Shown in pieces: positions 9,739 to 20,510 of a stretch of 64,000 nucleotides of DNA (the stretch's first letter is position 1; the number at the start of each line of letters is the position of its first letter). The notes under the pieces were generated by a model. The model had not been told where the DNA came from. It did not search any database and saw only the letters and a program-made list of their open reading frames with translations. A program made the translations under genes and the position numbers. Source of the DNA: Gammaproteobacteria bacterium (lineage in GTDB: Bacteria; Pseudomonadota; Gammaproteobacteria; Eutrophobiales; Eutrophobiaceae). Location of the stretch: contig CBDCTH010000012.1 in the NCBI GenBank assembly GCA_965222155.1, positions 416,001-480,000 of the forward strand. Direction: 5' to 3'.

Positions 9739-10737
9739 ATGTTAATCGCATTAACCAGCGCTGATTGGGAACTGGTCAGGTTCTACCTCTCGCCCATCCA
9801 ACCCCTGTTGGACAACGACCAGGTGACGAATATCATGGTCAACCGCTATGACGAGGTCTGGGCGGATGACCTGGATCAGGGTATGTATAAAACCGCACTT
9901 TCCTTCCCCGATGACGCTGCCGTTGCCACCCTGATTGAACAGATTGCCAATGCCTTGTCGCAATATTTTGATCCGCTGATAACGCCGATCATCAATGCGC
10001 GCCTGCCTGACGGCAGCCGGGTGTGTGCGACCCTGCCCGCGGCCACGCCCAGTGGTTGTACCTTGTCGATTCGCCTGCACCGGCGCCGCGGTCTGGACCT
10101 GGAACACCTGGTGGAGAGTCATACCATCAATACGGCAATGAGGGACCTGTTGCTGGATGCCGTCGAACGCGGTGACAATCTGCTGGTTTCCGGCGCCACC
10201 AACAGCGGCAAAACCACCCTGTTGAATGCCTTGTCCTTTGCCATTCCAAAGCGTGAGCGGATCGTGGTCTGCGAAGACGTGGCCGAGATCAGGCTCAACG
10301 CCCCGAATGTCGTACAAATGGAGGCGCAAAGACATGATTCCGAGGATACTCCCGCACTTACCCTGGCAACACTTCTCGCGACGTCCCTGCGGCAAAGGCC
10401 CGACCGGATCATCGTCGGAGAGATCAGGGAGCCGGATGCCGCTGAAGTATTCTTCCAGGCGTTGAATACGGGTCATCGCGGTGTGTACACTACATTGCAC
10501 GCGAACGACGCCGGATCGGCACTCAAACGTCTGGTCAGCCTGACCATGGGCCGTTCTACACTGCCGTTCAAGGTTATTGAAGCCGAATACTTGCACAACC
10601 TGGACCTGTTTTTGCACATGGACTACCTGGAAGGCAAGGGGGTGAGGCGGCTGACGGAGATCTGCGTCGTGGAGGCGGGGGAGTTGAAGCCTTGTTTTAA
10701 TTATAACGCTGCTGACGATGCCTGGCGGGAGAAGTGA
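9739..10737 (+). CDS. VirB11/CpaF family secretion ATPase
   Basis: ARLPDGSRV, GATNSGKTT, LRQRPDRIIVGEIR and NTGH..TLHAN motifs. Confidence 0.88.
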   Translation: MLIALTSADWELVRFYLSPIQPLLDNDQVTNIMVNRYDEVWADDLDQGMYKTALSFPDDAAVATLIEQIANALSQYFDPLITPIINARLPDGSRVCATLPAATPSGCTLSIRLHRRRGLDLEHLVESHTINTAMRDLLLDAVERGDNLLVSGATNSGKTTLLNALSFAIPKRERIVVCEDVAEIRLNAPNVVQMEAQRHDSEDTPALTLATLLATSLRQRPDRIIVGEIREPDAAEVFFQALNTGHRGVYTTLHANDAGSALKRLVSLTMGRSTLPFKVIEAEYLHNLDLFLHMDYLEGKGVRRLTEICVVEAGELKPCFNYNAADDAWREK

Positions 10738-10829
10738 ATGGAACAGGGGACAGATTTAAAATCTGTCCCCGTCAGCCAATGCGAAATTTTGCATACTATC
10801 CGCCCTGCAGATAACGTTAATTCTTGCCG

Positions 10830-12242
10830 ATGGTAACCGAGAACAAAACAGAAAAGCCCTGGGGTGGCCGGTTTACCGAAGCCACGGATCGGTTCGTGGA
10901 GGAGTTTACCCAATCCGTGTCTTTCGACCAGCGGCTGGCTCCTTATGATATCCGGGGGTCTATCGCCCATATGGCGATGCTGGCGCGCGTCGGCGTTTTG
11001 ACGGAGACCGAGTGTGAACAGATCAGCGGCGGGTTGAACGCCATCCTGGACCAGATTGAAGCAGGAGAGTTCAGCTGGAGGCAGGAACTGGAAGACGTTC
11101 ACATGAATATTGAAGCTGCACTGGTTGATCGGGTCGGTGAGGTCGGAAAAAAAGTGCATACCGGCCGTTCGCGCAATGACCAGGTTGCTACGGATATGCG
11201 CCTGTTCCTGCGCGCGGAAGTAGACAACATAAGGTCGTTATTGCTGCAGAACATGCAGGCGCTGGTAACACTGGCCGAGCAGGAGGCAGCGACCCTCATG
11301 CCGGGGTATACCCACCTGCAGCCGGCGCAGCCGATCACGTTCGGCCACCATATACTGGCCTGGTATGAAATGTTGAAGCGAGACCGGCAACGGCTCGGGG
11401 ATTGCCTGGAACGTATCAACGTACTGCCGCTGGGGGCCGCGGCATTGGCCGGAACGCGTTACCCTATCGACCGATCCTTGACCGCAGGGTTACTGGGGTT
11501 TACCGCCGTGGCGCAAAACTCACTGGACGCCGTGAGTGATCGGGACTTCATCATCGAATTCTGTGCTGCCGCGGCGCTGGTCATGTTGCACTTATCCCGG
11601 TTTTCCGAGGAATTGATCCTGTGGCTGTCGCCGGCTTTCGGCTTCATCGATCTCGACGATGCGTTGTGTACCGGTTCTTCCATCATGCCGCAAAAGAAAA
11701 ACCCGGACGTGGCGGAACTGGTACGCGGCAAGACGGGCCGTGTGTATGGCGACCTGATGGCTATGCTGACTATCATGAAGGGGCAACCACTGGCTTACAA
11801 CCGGGATAATCAGGAGGATAAGGAGTGTTTGTTCGACGCGGTGGATACACTGAAGCTGTGCCTGCATGCATACCTCAAGCTGGTTCCCTCAATACAGGTA
11901 AATCGCAAGGCCATGCTGGCTGCCGCGCAGAAGGGCTATCTGACTGCCACCGACCTGGCGGATTACCTGGCCATGAAAGGGGTGGCGTTCCGGGATGCCC
12001 ATGCCATCGTCGGCAACATCGTGCAGTATGCCATACGGCAGAACCGTGAGCTGGAACGCCTGGAACTTCCTGAATTACAGCAATTCCACGACGGAATTGA
12101 AGCTGACGTTCACGAATATCTGACGTTGCAAGGTTCCATTTCCGCCCGGGATCATTCGGGTGGGACCGCCCCCAACAGGGTCAAGGAGGCCATTGCAGAG
12201 GCGCGCCGGTACCTGGCGACAGTTGCTGCCGATACAGGCTAG
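10830..12242 (+). CDS. argH: Argininosuccinate lyase
   Basis: [15 protein letters not shown] and [12 protein letters not shown] motifs. Confidence 0.97.
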   Translation: MVTENKTEKPWGGRFTEATDRFVEEFTQSVSFDQRLAPYDIRGSIAHMAMLARVGVLTETECEQISGGLNAILDQIEAGEFSWRQELEDVHMNIEAALVDRVGEVGKKVHTGRSRNDQVATDMRLFLRAEVDNIRSLLLQNMQALVTLAEQEAATLMPGYTHLQPAQPITFGHHILAWYEMLKRDRQRLGDCLERINVLPLGAAALAGTRYPIDRSLTAGLLGFTAVAQNSLDAVSDRDFIIEFCAAAALVMLHLSRFSEELILWLSPAFGFIDLDDALCTGSSIMPQKKNPDVAELVRGKTGRVYGDLMAMLTIMKGQPLAYNRDNQEDKECLFDAVDTLKLCLHAYLKLVPSIQVNRKAMLAAAQKGYLTATDLADYLAMKGVAFRDAHAIVGNIVQYAIRQNRELERLELPELQQFHDGIEADVHEYLTLQGSISARDHSGGTAPNRVKEAIAEARRYLATVAADTG

Positions 12243-12263
12243 TTTGCCGGATTAACGGGGCCT

Positions 12264-15200
12264 GTGAAGAAGCTGATAAAGCTCTTGTTCTGGCTGGCCG
12301 GCCTGGCCGTTATCGTGATAGCGGTTGCGGTGTTCCTGATCACATCAATCGATCCCAATGAACACAAGGACTGGATTGCGGACAAGTTCCACGAGGAGAC
12401 AGGCCGCAGCATCTCCCTGGATGGGCCTGTTGCCTTAACCTTGTACCCCTGGTTGGGTCTGGAAGCGAGTGAAGTCAGCATCGCCAATACAGGAGAGTTC
12501 GGCGCCGGGCCGTTCGCCAACCTGGATTACATCAAGCTGCGGATCAAGTCACTCCCGTTGTTACGCGCAGAATACGAAGTGGATACGATTGTCGTCAAGG
12601 GCGCTGACATCAACCTGGTCCGGAACGAGCAGGGTGTTGCAAACTGGGATGATTACGACGGTTTGGATGAGGGCGCAGACAACAGGGATGAAGTAAAAAG
12701 AGACAAGCCGATCCTGCCCCTGGCCGCAGTCGCCCTAGGCGGTGTGGCCATAGAAGGCGCCAGGATCACCCTGGACGATCAACAGGCGGCGGCGCGCTAC
12801 GAAGTGTCTGATCTTGATGTGTCGACGGCAGAGCTGAAATACGGTGAACCCGTTGATATCAACATGAGTTTTCGCGGCAGGAGCAGCAGTCCGGAGCTGG
12901 ATGCTACAGTGGCCCTGACCGGAATCATTACCTATGCAACGGATGCGCAACGATTTTCTATTAATCCGCTGGATGTCAATGCCGTGATCAAAGGCAGGAA
13001 CATCCCCGGCGGCAGGACTTCTGCGAAGTTGTCCACTGCTGTCGACGTGAACCTGGATGCGGAAACAGTCACACTCTCCGATTTTACACTCAGCGCCCTG
13101 GACGCCGCGGTCAGGGGCAATCTCAGCGCGCGGCGTATCGAATCGCCCACTCCTGCCGTTGGCGCGACCCTCAACGCGCAAGGTTCGGACCTGGGGTTGT
13201 TGTTCAAGGTGGCCGAGATTGAACCGTTGGCTTCGCAGTTGGCCGGGTTGGCGGATCGGAGTTTCCAGATTAGTGCGACGTTGGATGCGGACTTACAGCG
13301 GGGTGATATTGACCTGTCCGAATTGTCGGCAAACCTGCTCGGCGCGGTCATCAGCGGCGAGGTGAAGGCCCGTAACATCCACTCCGACACGCCCGGTTAC
13401 CAGGGTGAATTGAATGCCGGAGGGCCTGATTTGCCCACCTTGATGCAGGTACTGGGTCAATTACAAGGGGGGCAGGATGCTGCACTGACCGGTTATGGTA
13501 AAAAACTGGCCGCTATTCCGGCAAAGGCATTCCGGCTAACCAGCGTTTTCGATGCCGACCTGAAAAGCGGTGACGTCTACGTGCCGAACCTGTCCCTTGA
13601 AGCACTGGGCATCGAGGCTACGGGCGCCCTGGACGCCAGGAATATGAAGAGCAGGAAAGGGACGGTGGAAGGCAATCTGAATATAAAGGGCAACCGCGTT
13701 GCGGGGTTGCTTAAGGCACTGGACCAGGCTGGGTTGGCCCAGGTGCTGCAATCAGTGGAGCTGGATACCCGCGTGCAGGGGACAAGCGCGGGCATTGCCC
13801 TGGAACCGATGACCCTGCAGGCCGTATTCGCCGGAAAGGATATACCCGGTTCGCCGGCTACAATGACTCTCAATGCCGACACCCGGCTCGACCTGGATCA
13901 GGAGACGCTGGTCTTTGACGGGTTTACCCTGGAGGGACTTGGGCTGGAATCCTCCGGTCACGTCGAGTTCAATAATATCTTCGATGAACTTGGCGCCGGC
14001 GGGAAAGTGGAGGTCCTGCCTTTTAACCTGCGCCGGCTTGCGCAACAACTCAAGCAGGAGCTTCCCGAAACAAAGGACGACAAAACTTTTACCAATGTTT
14101 CCCTGGCCGGACGGTTTGACAGCTCTGCAAACGGTCTGGACCTGGATCAACTGGTTTTGCAGGTGGACGATACGCGCCTGAGCGGTGAGTTCAGGATGAC
14201 CGATGGAAATCCAAAACCTGTTGTGCAGTTCGACTTGAACATGGATAAACTCGACCTCGACCGTTACCTGCAGGACGGATCGAAAAAGAGGCGGGAACCT
14301 GCGCAGTCGGGAAAGAAAGGCAGCAGGATTGCATCCCTTCCCATTGTTGCCGCCGGCACTACGGATATGGAGGGAGACCTGAGGATCGACAGCTTGATTA
14401 TTTCAAACGCGCGCCTGGATGGGTTCAGGTTGCACCTGAAAGCACAAGATGGCGTTCTGCGGGTAGGCCCGGTAGCCGCCAGCCTGTATGAAGGCAGGTT
14501 AACAGCCAGCGTCGACCTGGACGTGAACTCCGCAATCCCCACACTCACCCTCAAATCAGACTTGACGGGTATCCAGGCCGAACCTTTGCTGATGGATATG
14601 AAGAACAAGGCGCACCTGCGCGGCAAGGGTAATTTCACTGCTGCATTGACCGCTGAGGGTGCCAGCATTGCCGCCATGAAGCGTAGCCTGGATGGCCAAA
14701 TGAGCATGAGCTTCACCGAGGGCGCCATTACCGGCTTCAACCTGGGCCGGACGTTGCGCCAGTGGAAACAGTTCAAGAAGGGCAGGATCATCGATCTCGA
14801 GGAAACGGCGGCAACCGATTTTTCTGAATTTACCGGTAATCCCGTAGCAAAAGACGGCATTGTCCGAATGGATGACCTAGTCTTGAAAGCGCCGGCATTT
14901 CGCCTGCAAGGCACAGGCGTACTGGCGAACCTGCACACCGATACCATCGATTACCAGGCCCGGGCGACTGTCGTCAATACTACAAAAGGCGCGGGCGGAA
15001 AAGAACTGGCCGAACTGGAAGGGCTGGAACTGCCCCTCAAGGTCTCCGGCTCGCTGGATAATCCGAAAATAAGGCTTGCCTGGGAAGATATATTGTCCGG
15101 ATTACTGTTGAATAAAGTCTTTGACGTTCTCGATTTATCGCTTCCCGGGACAGGAGATCCCGGCGCTTCGGAAAAGGAGGAGGAAACGGATGGGGACTCC

Positions 15201-15275
15201 GGGTTCGACCCGGTTAAGGAGTTACTGAAAGAGGGCCTGAAAGAGGGTTTGAAGGGGATTTTCAAGAAGAACTGA
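12264..15275 (+). CDS. asmA: AsmA family protein
   Basis: N-terminal anchor ...IDPNEHKDWI...TGR and AsmA-like C-terminus; usual position upstream of mutY. Confidence 0.85.
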   Translation: MKKLIKLLFWLAGLAVIVIAVAVFLITSIDPNEHKDWIADKFHEETGRSISLDGPVALTLYPWLGLEASEVSIANTGEFGAGPFANLDYIKLRIKSLPLLRAEYEVDTIVVKGADINLVRNEQGVANWDDYDGLDEGADNRDEVKRDKPILPLAAVALGGVAIEGARITLDDQQAAARYEVSDLDVSTAELKYGEPVDINMSFRGRSSSPELDATVALTGIITYATDAQRFSINPLDVNAVIKGRNIPGGRTSAKLSTAVDVNLDAETVTLSDFTLSALDAAVRGNLSARRIESPTPAVGATLNAQGSDLGLLFKVAEIEPLASQLAGLADRSFQISATLDADLQRGDIDLSELSANLLGAVISGEVKARNIHSDTPGYQGELNAGGPDLPTLMQVLGQLQGGQDAALTGYGKKLAAIPAKAFRLTSVFDADLKSGDVYVPNLSLEALGIEATGALDARNMKSRKGTVEGNLNIKGNRVAGLLKALDQAGLAQVLQSVELDTRVQGTSAGIALEPMTLQAVFAGKDIPGSPATMTLNADTRLDLDQETLVFDGFTLEGLGLESSGHVEFNNIFDELGAGGKVEVLPFNLRRLAQQLKQELPETKDDKTFTNVSLAGRFDSSANGLDLDQLVLQVDDTRLSGEFRMTDGNPKPVVQFDLNMDKLDLDRYLQDGSKKRREPAQSGKKGSRIASLPIVAAGTTDMEGDLRIDSLIISNARLDGFRLHLKAQDGVLRVGPVAASLYEGRLTASVDLDVNSAIPTLTLKSDLTGIQAEPLLMDMKNKAHLRGKGNFTAALTAEGASIAAMKRSLDGQMSMSFTEGAITGFNLGRTLRQWKQFKKGRIIDLEETAATDFSEFTGNPVAKDGIVRMDDLVLKAPAFRLQGTGVLANLHTDTIDYQARATVVNTTKGAGGKELAELEGLELPLKVSGSLDNPKIRLAWEDILSGLLLNKVFDVLDLSLPGTGDPGASEKEEETDGDSGFDPVKELLKEGLKEGLKGIFKKN

Positions 15276-15639
15276 GCACTCATTAATGTGTAAAGGGGAC
15301 GGATTTCAAATCCGTCCCTCAGCAGTTCCCGCTAACTTCCGGGATCGATGGCATCTTGCCCTCGCCGAGGGCGGGACGCCCTCGATCCCAGGGCAATATC
15401 CCCCCATTTGCACAGAGTAACCTCGATTCGGGACAGAATGGCTGTTGAGACACAAAGTTAGCGGGAATGGCAGTCCGTCCCTATTCGTCATTCCGGCGTC
15501 TGCTCTCTGGCCGTTATTCCTGCAAAAGCAGAGAAGTGGCACAGGGACGTGCCGTCAACTCACCAAAGGACGGAAATTTAGTATAATTACATTCGCCCGA
15601 ACGTTGGCAGATAAAGTAACAACTCATGAAGAAATAACA

Positions 15640-16206
15640 ATGCGACACCTGTTAATCGTTAATCTGATTTTTTTCAGCGTATTGTCAAGCGCCGGAGAGA
15701 TAAAGTCAGCACACGTCGAGCATGAGGGCAACGATTACCGGCTGGACCTCACCGTGCAGGTTGAGGCCGGACAGGAAGGCATCTTGGCGCTCCTGATGGG
15801 CCACGATAATTTTCATGAGCTCAGCGACGCGATGATCGAATCGGCTCTTGTGCAGGACGCGCCCGAGGGTAAGACCCGGCGCCGGCTTGTCGTTGAAACC
15901 TGTATCGTGTTCTTCTGTTTCAGGGTCGTAATGGTCGAGGACCTGGAACAGTTCTCCGATGGCAGAATCCTGGCAAACATGGTCCCGGAAGAAAGTGATT
16001 TCAAATACGGCAGGACAGAATGGCAGATCGAGCCGCTCGGCCCGGGCCGGAGTAAAATCAACTATAGCTCCCAACTCCAGCCTGATTTCTGGATCCCACC
16101 CGCTATCGGCCCGTTTTTTCTGAAACGCAAAATGGTCACGGAAGTGCGGGATAGCGTTCTTAAGATGGAGAGTCTGGCCGCTGGCGCCTACAGCGAGGAG
16201 ACGTGA
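15640..16206 (+). CDS. SRPBCC/START-fold exported protein
   Basis: Signal peptide; C-x-x-F-F-C and PDFWIPP-IGP motifs. Confidence 0.65.
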   Translation: MRHLLIVNLIFFSVLSSAGEIKSAHVEHEGNDYRLDLTVQVEAGQEGILALLMGHDNFHELSDAMIESALVQDAPEGKTRRRLVVETCIVFFCFRVVMVEDLEQFSDGRILANMVPEESDFKYGRTEWQIEPLGPGRSKINYSSQLQPDFWIPPAIGPFFLKRKMVTEVRDSVLKMESLAAGAYSEET

Positions 16207-16240
16207 TATCCTGACCCCAAATATCAAATATCCTGGCTGA

Positions 16241-17284
16241 ATGCCGATGCCCGAACTTGCCGCCGCATTACTGCCCTGGTTCAGACAGCATGGCCGGCAT
16301 GATCTCCCCTGGCAGCAGGACGCCAGTCCCTATCGCGTCTGGGTATCCGAGATTATGCTGCAACAGACCCAGGTGAAGACCGTAATACCGTATTTCATCC
16401 GCTTTGTTGAACGGTTTCCGGACGCTGTCGCCCTGGCCGATGTTCCCCTGGACCGGGTGCTGCATCTCTGGACGGGGTTGGGATATTATGCCAGGGCGAG
16501 AAATATGCACCGGGCCGCACAGGTTATCTCCCGCGATTTCGCCGGTTGCCTGCCTGATGATGCGGAGGCTTTGATGGCATTGCCCGGCATCGGACGTTCC
16601 ACTGCGGGGGCAATAATGACACTGGGTCATGGCCGTCGCGCCCCCATCCTCGACGGTAACGTAAAACGGGTACTGGCCCGCTTTTATGGAATATACGGAT
16701 GGCCCGGCCATAGGGAGGTAGAGAAGCGCTTGTGGGAACTGGCCGAAAGGGAGACACCGCAATGGGAAACGGCCGCATACACACAGGCTATCATGGACCT
16801 GGGCGCTACGGTCTGTATCCGGTCCAGGCCGCGCTGCGCGGATTGTCCCCTGGCATCAGGTTGCCATGCATTCCGACACGGCGAACAGCAGCTATTGCCG
16901 ACCGGGAGAACAAGGAATTCACTACCGGTGCGTCGTGTGGTATTCGCGATACTGGAAAACGAGCAAGGGGAAATCCTGCTGGAAAAACGTCCCCCAGCCG
17001 GTGTATGGGGAGGGTTATGGAGTTTCCCGGAATACAGCTCCGACACGGAATTGATCGGCTGGATAAAGACCCGCGCTGTCCTGGTATCTGAGGCGCTCAC
17101 CACACTGCCGCAAATCCGCCACAGCTTCAGTCACTTTCACCTGGATATTACCCCGGTCAAAGCCGTAATCCGGGACAAGGCTGATACAATAGGGGATAAT
17201 GAAGTCTACCTCTGGTATGCGCCGGAACACGGGCCGGAAATAGGCATGGCCGCTCCGGTGAAAGCGCTGATGGAGAAAGCATAA
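16241..17284 (+). CDS. mutY: A/G-specific adenine glycosylase
   Basis: SEIMLQQTQV, LPGIGRSTAGAI, ILDGNVKRV and the Fe-S cysteine cluster. Confidence 0.97.
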   Translation: MPMPELAAALLPWFRQHGRHDLPWQQDASPYRVWVSEIMLQQTQVKTVIPYFIRFVERFPDAVALADVPLDRVLHLWTGLGYYARARNMHRAAQVISRDFAGCLPDDAEALMALPGIGRSTAGAIMTLGHGRRAPILDGNVKRVLARFYGIYGWPGHREVEKRLWELAERETPQWETAAYTQAIMDLGATVCIRSRPRCADCPLASGCHAFRHGEQQLLPTGRTRNSLPVRRVVFAILENEQGEILLEKRPPAGVWGGLWSFPEYSSDTELIGWIKTRAVLVSEALTTLPQIRHSFSHFHLDITPVKAVIRDKADTIGDNEVYLWYAPEHGPEIGMAAPVKALMEKA

Positions 17285-17330
17285 CTGACAGAGATATTCT
17301 AACGATACGATACACAGGAGAGAGAACATC

Positions 17331-17603
17331 ATGACACGTACCGTCACCTGCATAAAATTGAACCGGGAAGCAGAAGGACTGGTTGCCCCGCCATACCCCG
17401 GCGAACTGGGGGTGCGCATCTATGAAAACGTGTCGAAGGAAGCATGGCAGATGTGGCTGTCACACCAGACCATGCTGATCAACGAATACCGCCTGACCCC
17501 GTTCGAAGCGAAAGCGCGGGCATTCCTCGAAGAGGAAATGGAGAAATTTTTCTTCGGAGAGGGTTCTGAAAGACCGAAGGAGTTTGTGTCCCCTACCGAA
17601 TAG
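17331..17603 (+). CDS. yggX: Fe(II)-trafficking / oxidative damage protection protein
   Basis: [29 protein letters not shown]; follows mutY. Confidence 0.95.
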   Translation: MTRTVTCIKLNREAEGLVAPPYPGELGVRIYENVSKEAWQMWLSHQTMLINEYRLTPFEAKARAFLEEEMEKFFFGEGSERPKEFVSPTE

Positions 17604-17699
17604 CCTGTAACTCCGCAAAAAGCCGGCAGTTTATTTGTTCGCAACACATTCTTGATATTACCGTTTGAAAAACTGTCCTTTATATAGGACAATAAGTTC

Positions 17700-17876
17700 A
17701 TGGATTACGAAGTCAGGTACACGGAGGTATTTGAGGATTGGCTTCGCGGATTACGCGACCTGCGGGCGGCAATGAAAATCACCGCCAGAATCAGACGGAT
17801 GGAGTTGGGCAACTTTGGGGACCACAAATCAGTGGGAGGAGGTGTCTATGAAAACCAAAAAATTCGACGTGATTGA
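17700..17876 (+). pseudogene. RelE-like addiction module killer toxin, C-terminal half deleted
   Basis: MDYEVRYTEVFEDWLRGLRD..ARIRRMELGNFGDHKSVGGGVYE then jumps into the antitoxin start; lacks ELRI..GPGYRVY. Confidence 0.75.
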
Positions 17877-18123
17877 CTTCCTGGACAGTGATGAGGCAAT
17901 TGTCGGATATCTCAATGCCGTGCTCGAAGATGGCGATGCCGAATTTTTCGTCAAGGTTGTTGGCGACGTTGCCCGCGCAAAAGGTATGATGAAAGTTGCC
18001 CGAGCAACCGGCTTGGGCCGACAAAACCTGTACCGATCGCTATCCAGTGGGGGCAACCCACGCATTAACACATTGTTTAAAGTCCTTGATGCCCTGAACA
18101 TCAGACTCTCCGTCGCTCGATAA
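17848..18123 (+). CDS. Addiction module antidote protein (HTH antitoxin)
   Basis: FDVIDFLDS, VARAKGM, GLGRQNLYRSLS..GNP motifs. Confidence 0.88.
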   Translation: MKTKKFDVIDFLDSDEAIVGYLNAVLEDGDAEFFVKVVGDVARAKGMMKVARATGLGRQNLYRSLSSGGNPRINTLFKVLDALNIRLSVAR

Positions 18124-18272
18124 CGACGTGTAATAGCGCCCACAGTCCTCAGGGATGCAGACAGCCTGGCTGCAGCCGTTATTGAAATCTTTGCTGTGTG
18201 CATGATCACCTTATACATTGGTATAACAGCAAATACTACATGACATCTTAGGTCGTGATTTTCCGTCAGTAA

Positions 18273-19526
18273 CAGGGCAAACGCATACTTTCATCCGGCT
18301 TGTCCAAACAGGATTTCAGCCCGTCTTTCATCACTCCACCCGGCCTGCTTGAGTTTCCCTCGCATACTGTTCTTCTGTGGGTGTAATCTCGCCAGGTTCA
18401 GACAGAAGCGCCGGATAATCCCCACGTTCTCCGCCCCGTCCCCTTTGCGGATCCGGCAATCCTCCTCCTTGAATGCCACGTCCAACACCCAATGCGCCTT
18501 GTTCTCCACCTCCCAATGCCGACGGATCCCCTGCGCCACCCGTTCAGCATCTAATGGCAGGGAACTGATATAGTACTGTGTCTCGGTCTCCACCTCCTGC
18601 CCCGGCAGGTGCCGTTCCCGCTCCATCTCAACCACCGTTTGCAGTCCCGGCCACTTGGCCGCCTCACTCACCCAGTCACTCACCGACACCTGCCGGCAGG
18701 TGCGCTTCTCCACCCGACCATGCCCCGCATCGACCTCCTCATACACCCCTGTCAGACCCGGTGTATCACGTCTAACCTTATGAAAGTACGCCTGTATTTC
18801 ACGCTGAAAGGTCTTGTGATTACCCTTCAGCGATAACGTGTAATCGCCCCCCTTCCCATGAATCTTGCGCGCTATCTTCTTCTGCGTATTCATCGCATCC
18901 GCGGTAATATGCGCCCCCTTTACCTGTAACAGTTCCAGCAACTCCATCACCGAGGCCTGCTCATTCTTCTTCCCCGACGACTTCATCTGCGCCAGCACCA
19001 ACCCGCATTCATGACCCCAGGCCGTGATGCTGTGCAAGGCCGCCTGCCGCACCCCGTCATGGGAACGCCTCAACGTCTTCCCATCCAACGCAATCTGTGC
19101 CTGTCCCCGTTCCCCGCGTACCTCATTCACCCAAGCAATGAACGCCCGGTTGAACTGCTCAGGGTCTATCGCACGCACCACCCGCGCAATCGTATCATCC
19201 ACCGGTACCCCGTTCGCAAACGGCCGGTATTGTCTCAACCAAACCAGCTTCTCATCGCCAAACTCCTTGATATCTTTCCACCCTTCCGCCCCCGATATGA
19301 CCGCACTCACCGTCAAAAACAGAATGTCCAACAGGTCATGACGCTTGTTGATATCACGCCGCGGGTCATCAATCGTCGCCAATTGTGACAGTAAACTCAT
19401 GGTGTTCTCCTCTTTTTGCGGTAATGACTGCTATGATCCACCCAAATTCCAGGAGTTCCCCACCTATCTATATCTCTTTGGAATAAAAAATACTCTGTTT
19501 ATGACTTAAAGTATGATCTTGCCCTG
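18273..19526 (-). mobile_element. ISAs1 family insertion sequence
   Basis: Ends CAGGGCAA..CATACTTT and AAAGTATGATCTTGCCCTG; 10-bp target duplication CCGTCAGTAA at 18263-18272 and 19527-19536. Confidence 0.93.
18291..19400 (-). CDS. ISAs1 family transposase
   Basis: DDPR, IALDGKTLR, ITADAMNTQK, HGRVEKR and RRHWEVENKAHWVLDV motifs. Confidence 0.95.
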   Translation of the reverse strand: MSLLSQLATIDDPRRDINKRHDLLDILFLTVSAVISGAEGWKDIKEFGDEKLVWLRQYRPFANGVPVDDTIARVVRAIDPEQFNRAFIAWVNEVRGERGQAQIALDGKTLRRSHDGVRQAALHSITAWGHECGLVLAQMKSSGKKNEQASVMELLELLQVKGAHITADAMNTQKKIARKIHGKGGDYTLSLKGNHKTFQREIQAYFHKVRRDTPGLTGVYEEVDAGHGRVEKRTCRQVSVSDWVSEAAKWPGLQTVVEMERERHLPGQEVETETQYYISSLPLDAERVAQGIRRHWEVENKAHWVLDVAFKEEDCRIRKGDGAENVGIIRRFCLNLARLHPQKNSMRGKLKQAGWSDERRAEILFGQAG

Positions 19527-19555
19527 CCGTCAGTAACCAATAAACAATCTCCCGC

Positions 19556-19584
19556 TTGACGGAAAACCCGGAGTAAGATTTAAT
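19556..19584 (+). promoter_or_regulatory. Putative sigma70 promoter of tRNA-Phe
   Basis: TTGACG-17 bp-TTTAAT. Confidence 0.45.
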
Positions 19585-19632
19585 ACCTCCCTTTCTCCAA
19601 CGCCTCCTCACCCTTGGCGCCCGTATTGATTT

Positions 19633-19705
19633 GGCCAGGTAGCTCAGTAGGTAGAGCAGGGGACTGAAAATCCCTGTGTCGGCAGTTCGATTCTGTCCCT
19701 GGCCA
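19633..19705 (+). tRNA. tRNA-Phe(GAA), CCA not encoded
   Basis: GGCCAGG acceptor stem, CTGAAAA anticodon loop, GTTCGATTC T-loop. Confidence 0.95.
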
Positions 19706-19710
19706 TACTT
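19695..19710 (+). repeat. att core 1 GTCCCTGGCCATACTT (tRNA-Phe 3' end)
   Basis: Identical 16-mer found six times in the window. Confidence 0.9.
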
Positions 19711-19747
19711 ATCTACAAATATTGACGCTGATGAGCGTCATTCTGCA

Positions 19748-19948
19748 CTATGTGGTTTCAAATTCCAGAGAGGACCATTTGATGCTGGAGGAACGCTTGG
19801 AAAGATTCAACATCTCTACGCCTACGAGTTCGTTGGCTTCATTGTAGTCGAGAACAACTCCTGGCGAGACCTCTTCTGATTCGACAATTTTTGAATCATC
19901 CAGACGCAGGTAGAGTGCGTCAGCTTCTTTATCAACGTGCAGTTTCAT
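19748..19948 (-). CDS. DUF2283 family antitoxin-like protein
   Basis: D.EADALYLRL..SEEVSPGVVLDY..VGVEML. Confidence 0.85.
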   Translation of the reverse strand: MKLHVDKEADALYLRLDDSKIVESEEVSPGVVLDYNEANELVGVEMLNLSKRSSSIKWSSLEFETT

Positions 19949-20095
19949 AATTTTTCTCGCTTGCTTCGGTCAAAGAATACGCTTACCACCCGCCAGGGTG
20001 CACTCGGGTGTTTACTGCTACCCGTAAGGTGCGATCGCCATTTTCGGGGATGCGACGGAAAAATCGCTCTACAAACGGATCGTTCGGGTCCGGTG
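19945..20095 (-). pseudogene. DUF4258-like toxin remnant (5' truncated, frameshifted)
   Basis: RRIPENGDRTLRVAVN..PWRVVSVFFDR in the paralogous copy; this copy has a 1-bp deletion. Confidence 0.6.
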
Positions 20096-20096
20096 A

Positions 20097-20182
20097 AAGG
20101 GGGGTTTAAGGAGAAATAACAGGCATAAATGGCACATAAACTGAACTGGAACAAATAGTCAGGCAGGTCCGACCCTATCCTG
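20097..20182 (+). repeat. Dispersed ~85-bp element end (..AAATAACAGGCATA..GGTCCGACCCTATCC); copies at 30390-30474, 41320-41406 and inverted at 28458-28540
   Basis: Direct sequence identity; the GGTCCGACCC terminus is shared with the RAYT remnants. Confidence 0.7.
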
Positions 20183-20216
20183 CAAAATATCCTTATATGC
20201 CAGGTGCAGCTTCCTG

Positions 20217-20510
20217 TCAGGCTACTTCAAGTTTTTCGAAATCGTCGAGGTTGATCTTCTGCCGCGCTTCCCATAAATCATAGTTATCCTGCATTGACAA
20301 CCAGCTTTCCGGGGACCTGCCGATGACTTTGGACAGCTTGAGCGCCATAGTCGGCGTGATGCTGCTCTTGGCGTTGAGAATCCGGCTGATCACGGATTCA
20401 CTGACTCGTAACCTCTCAGCCAGTTCTTTCGCGCCGATGTTAAAGGGTTCCAGGTAGACCCGTTTGATAAACACTCCCGGATGCATGGGATTATGTTGCT
20501 CGATACTCAT
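20217..20510 (-). CDS. higA: HigA family antitoxin
   Basis: HNPMHPG, ITPTMALKL and SPESWLSMQ motifs. Confidence 0.9.
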   Translation of the reverse strand: MSIEQHNPMHPGVFIKRVYLEPFNIGAKELAERLRVSESVISRILNAKSSITPTMALKLSKVIGRSPESWLSMQDNYDLWEARQKINLDDFEKLEVA

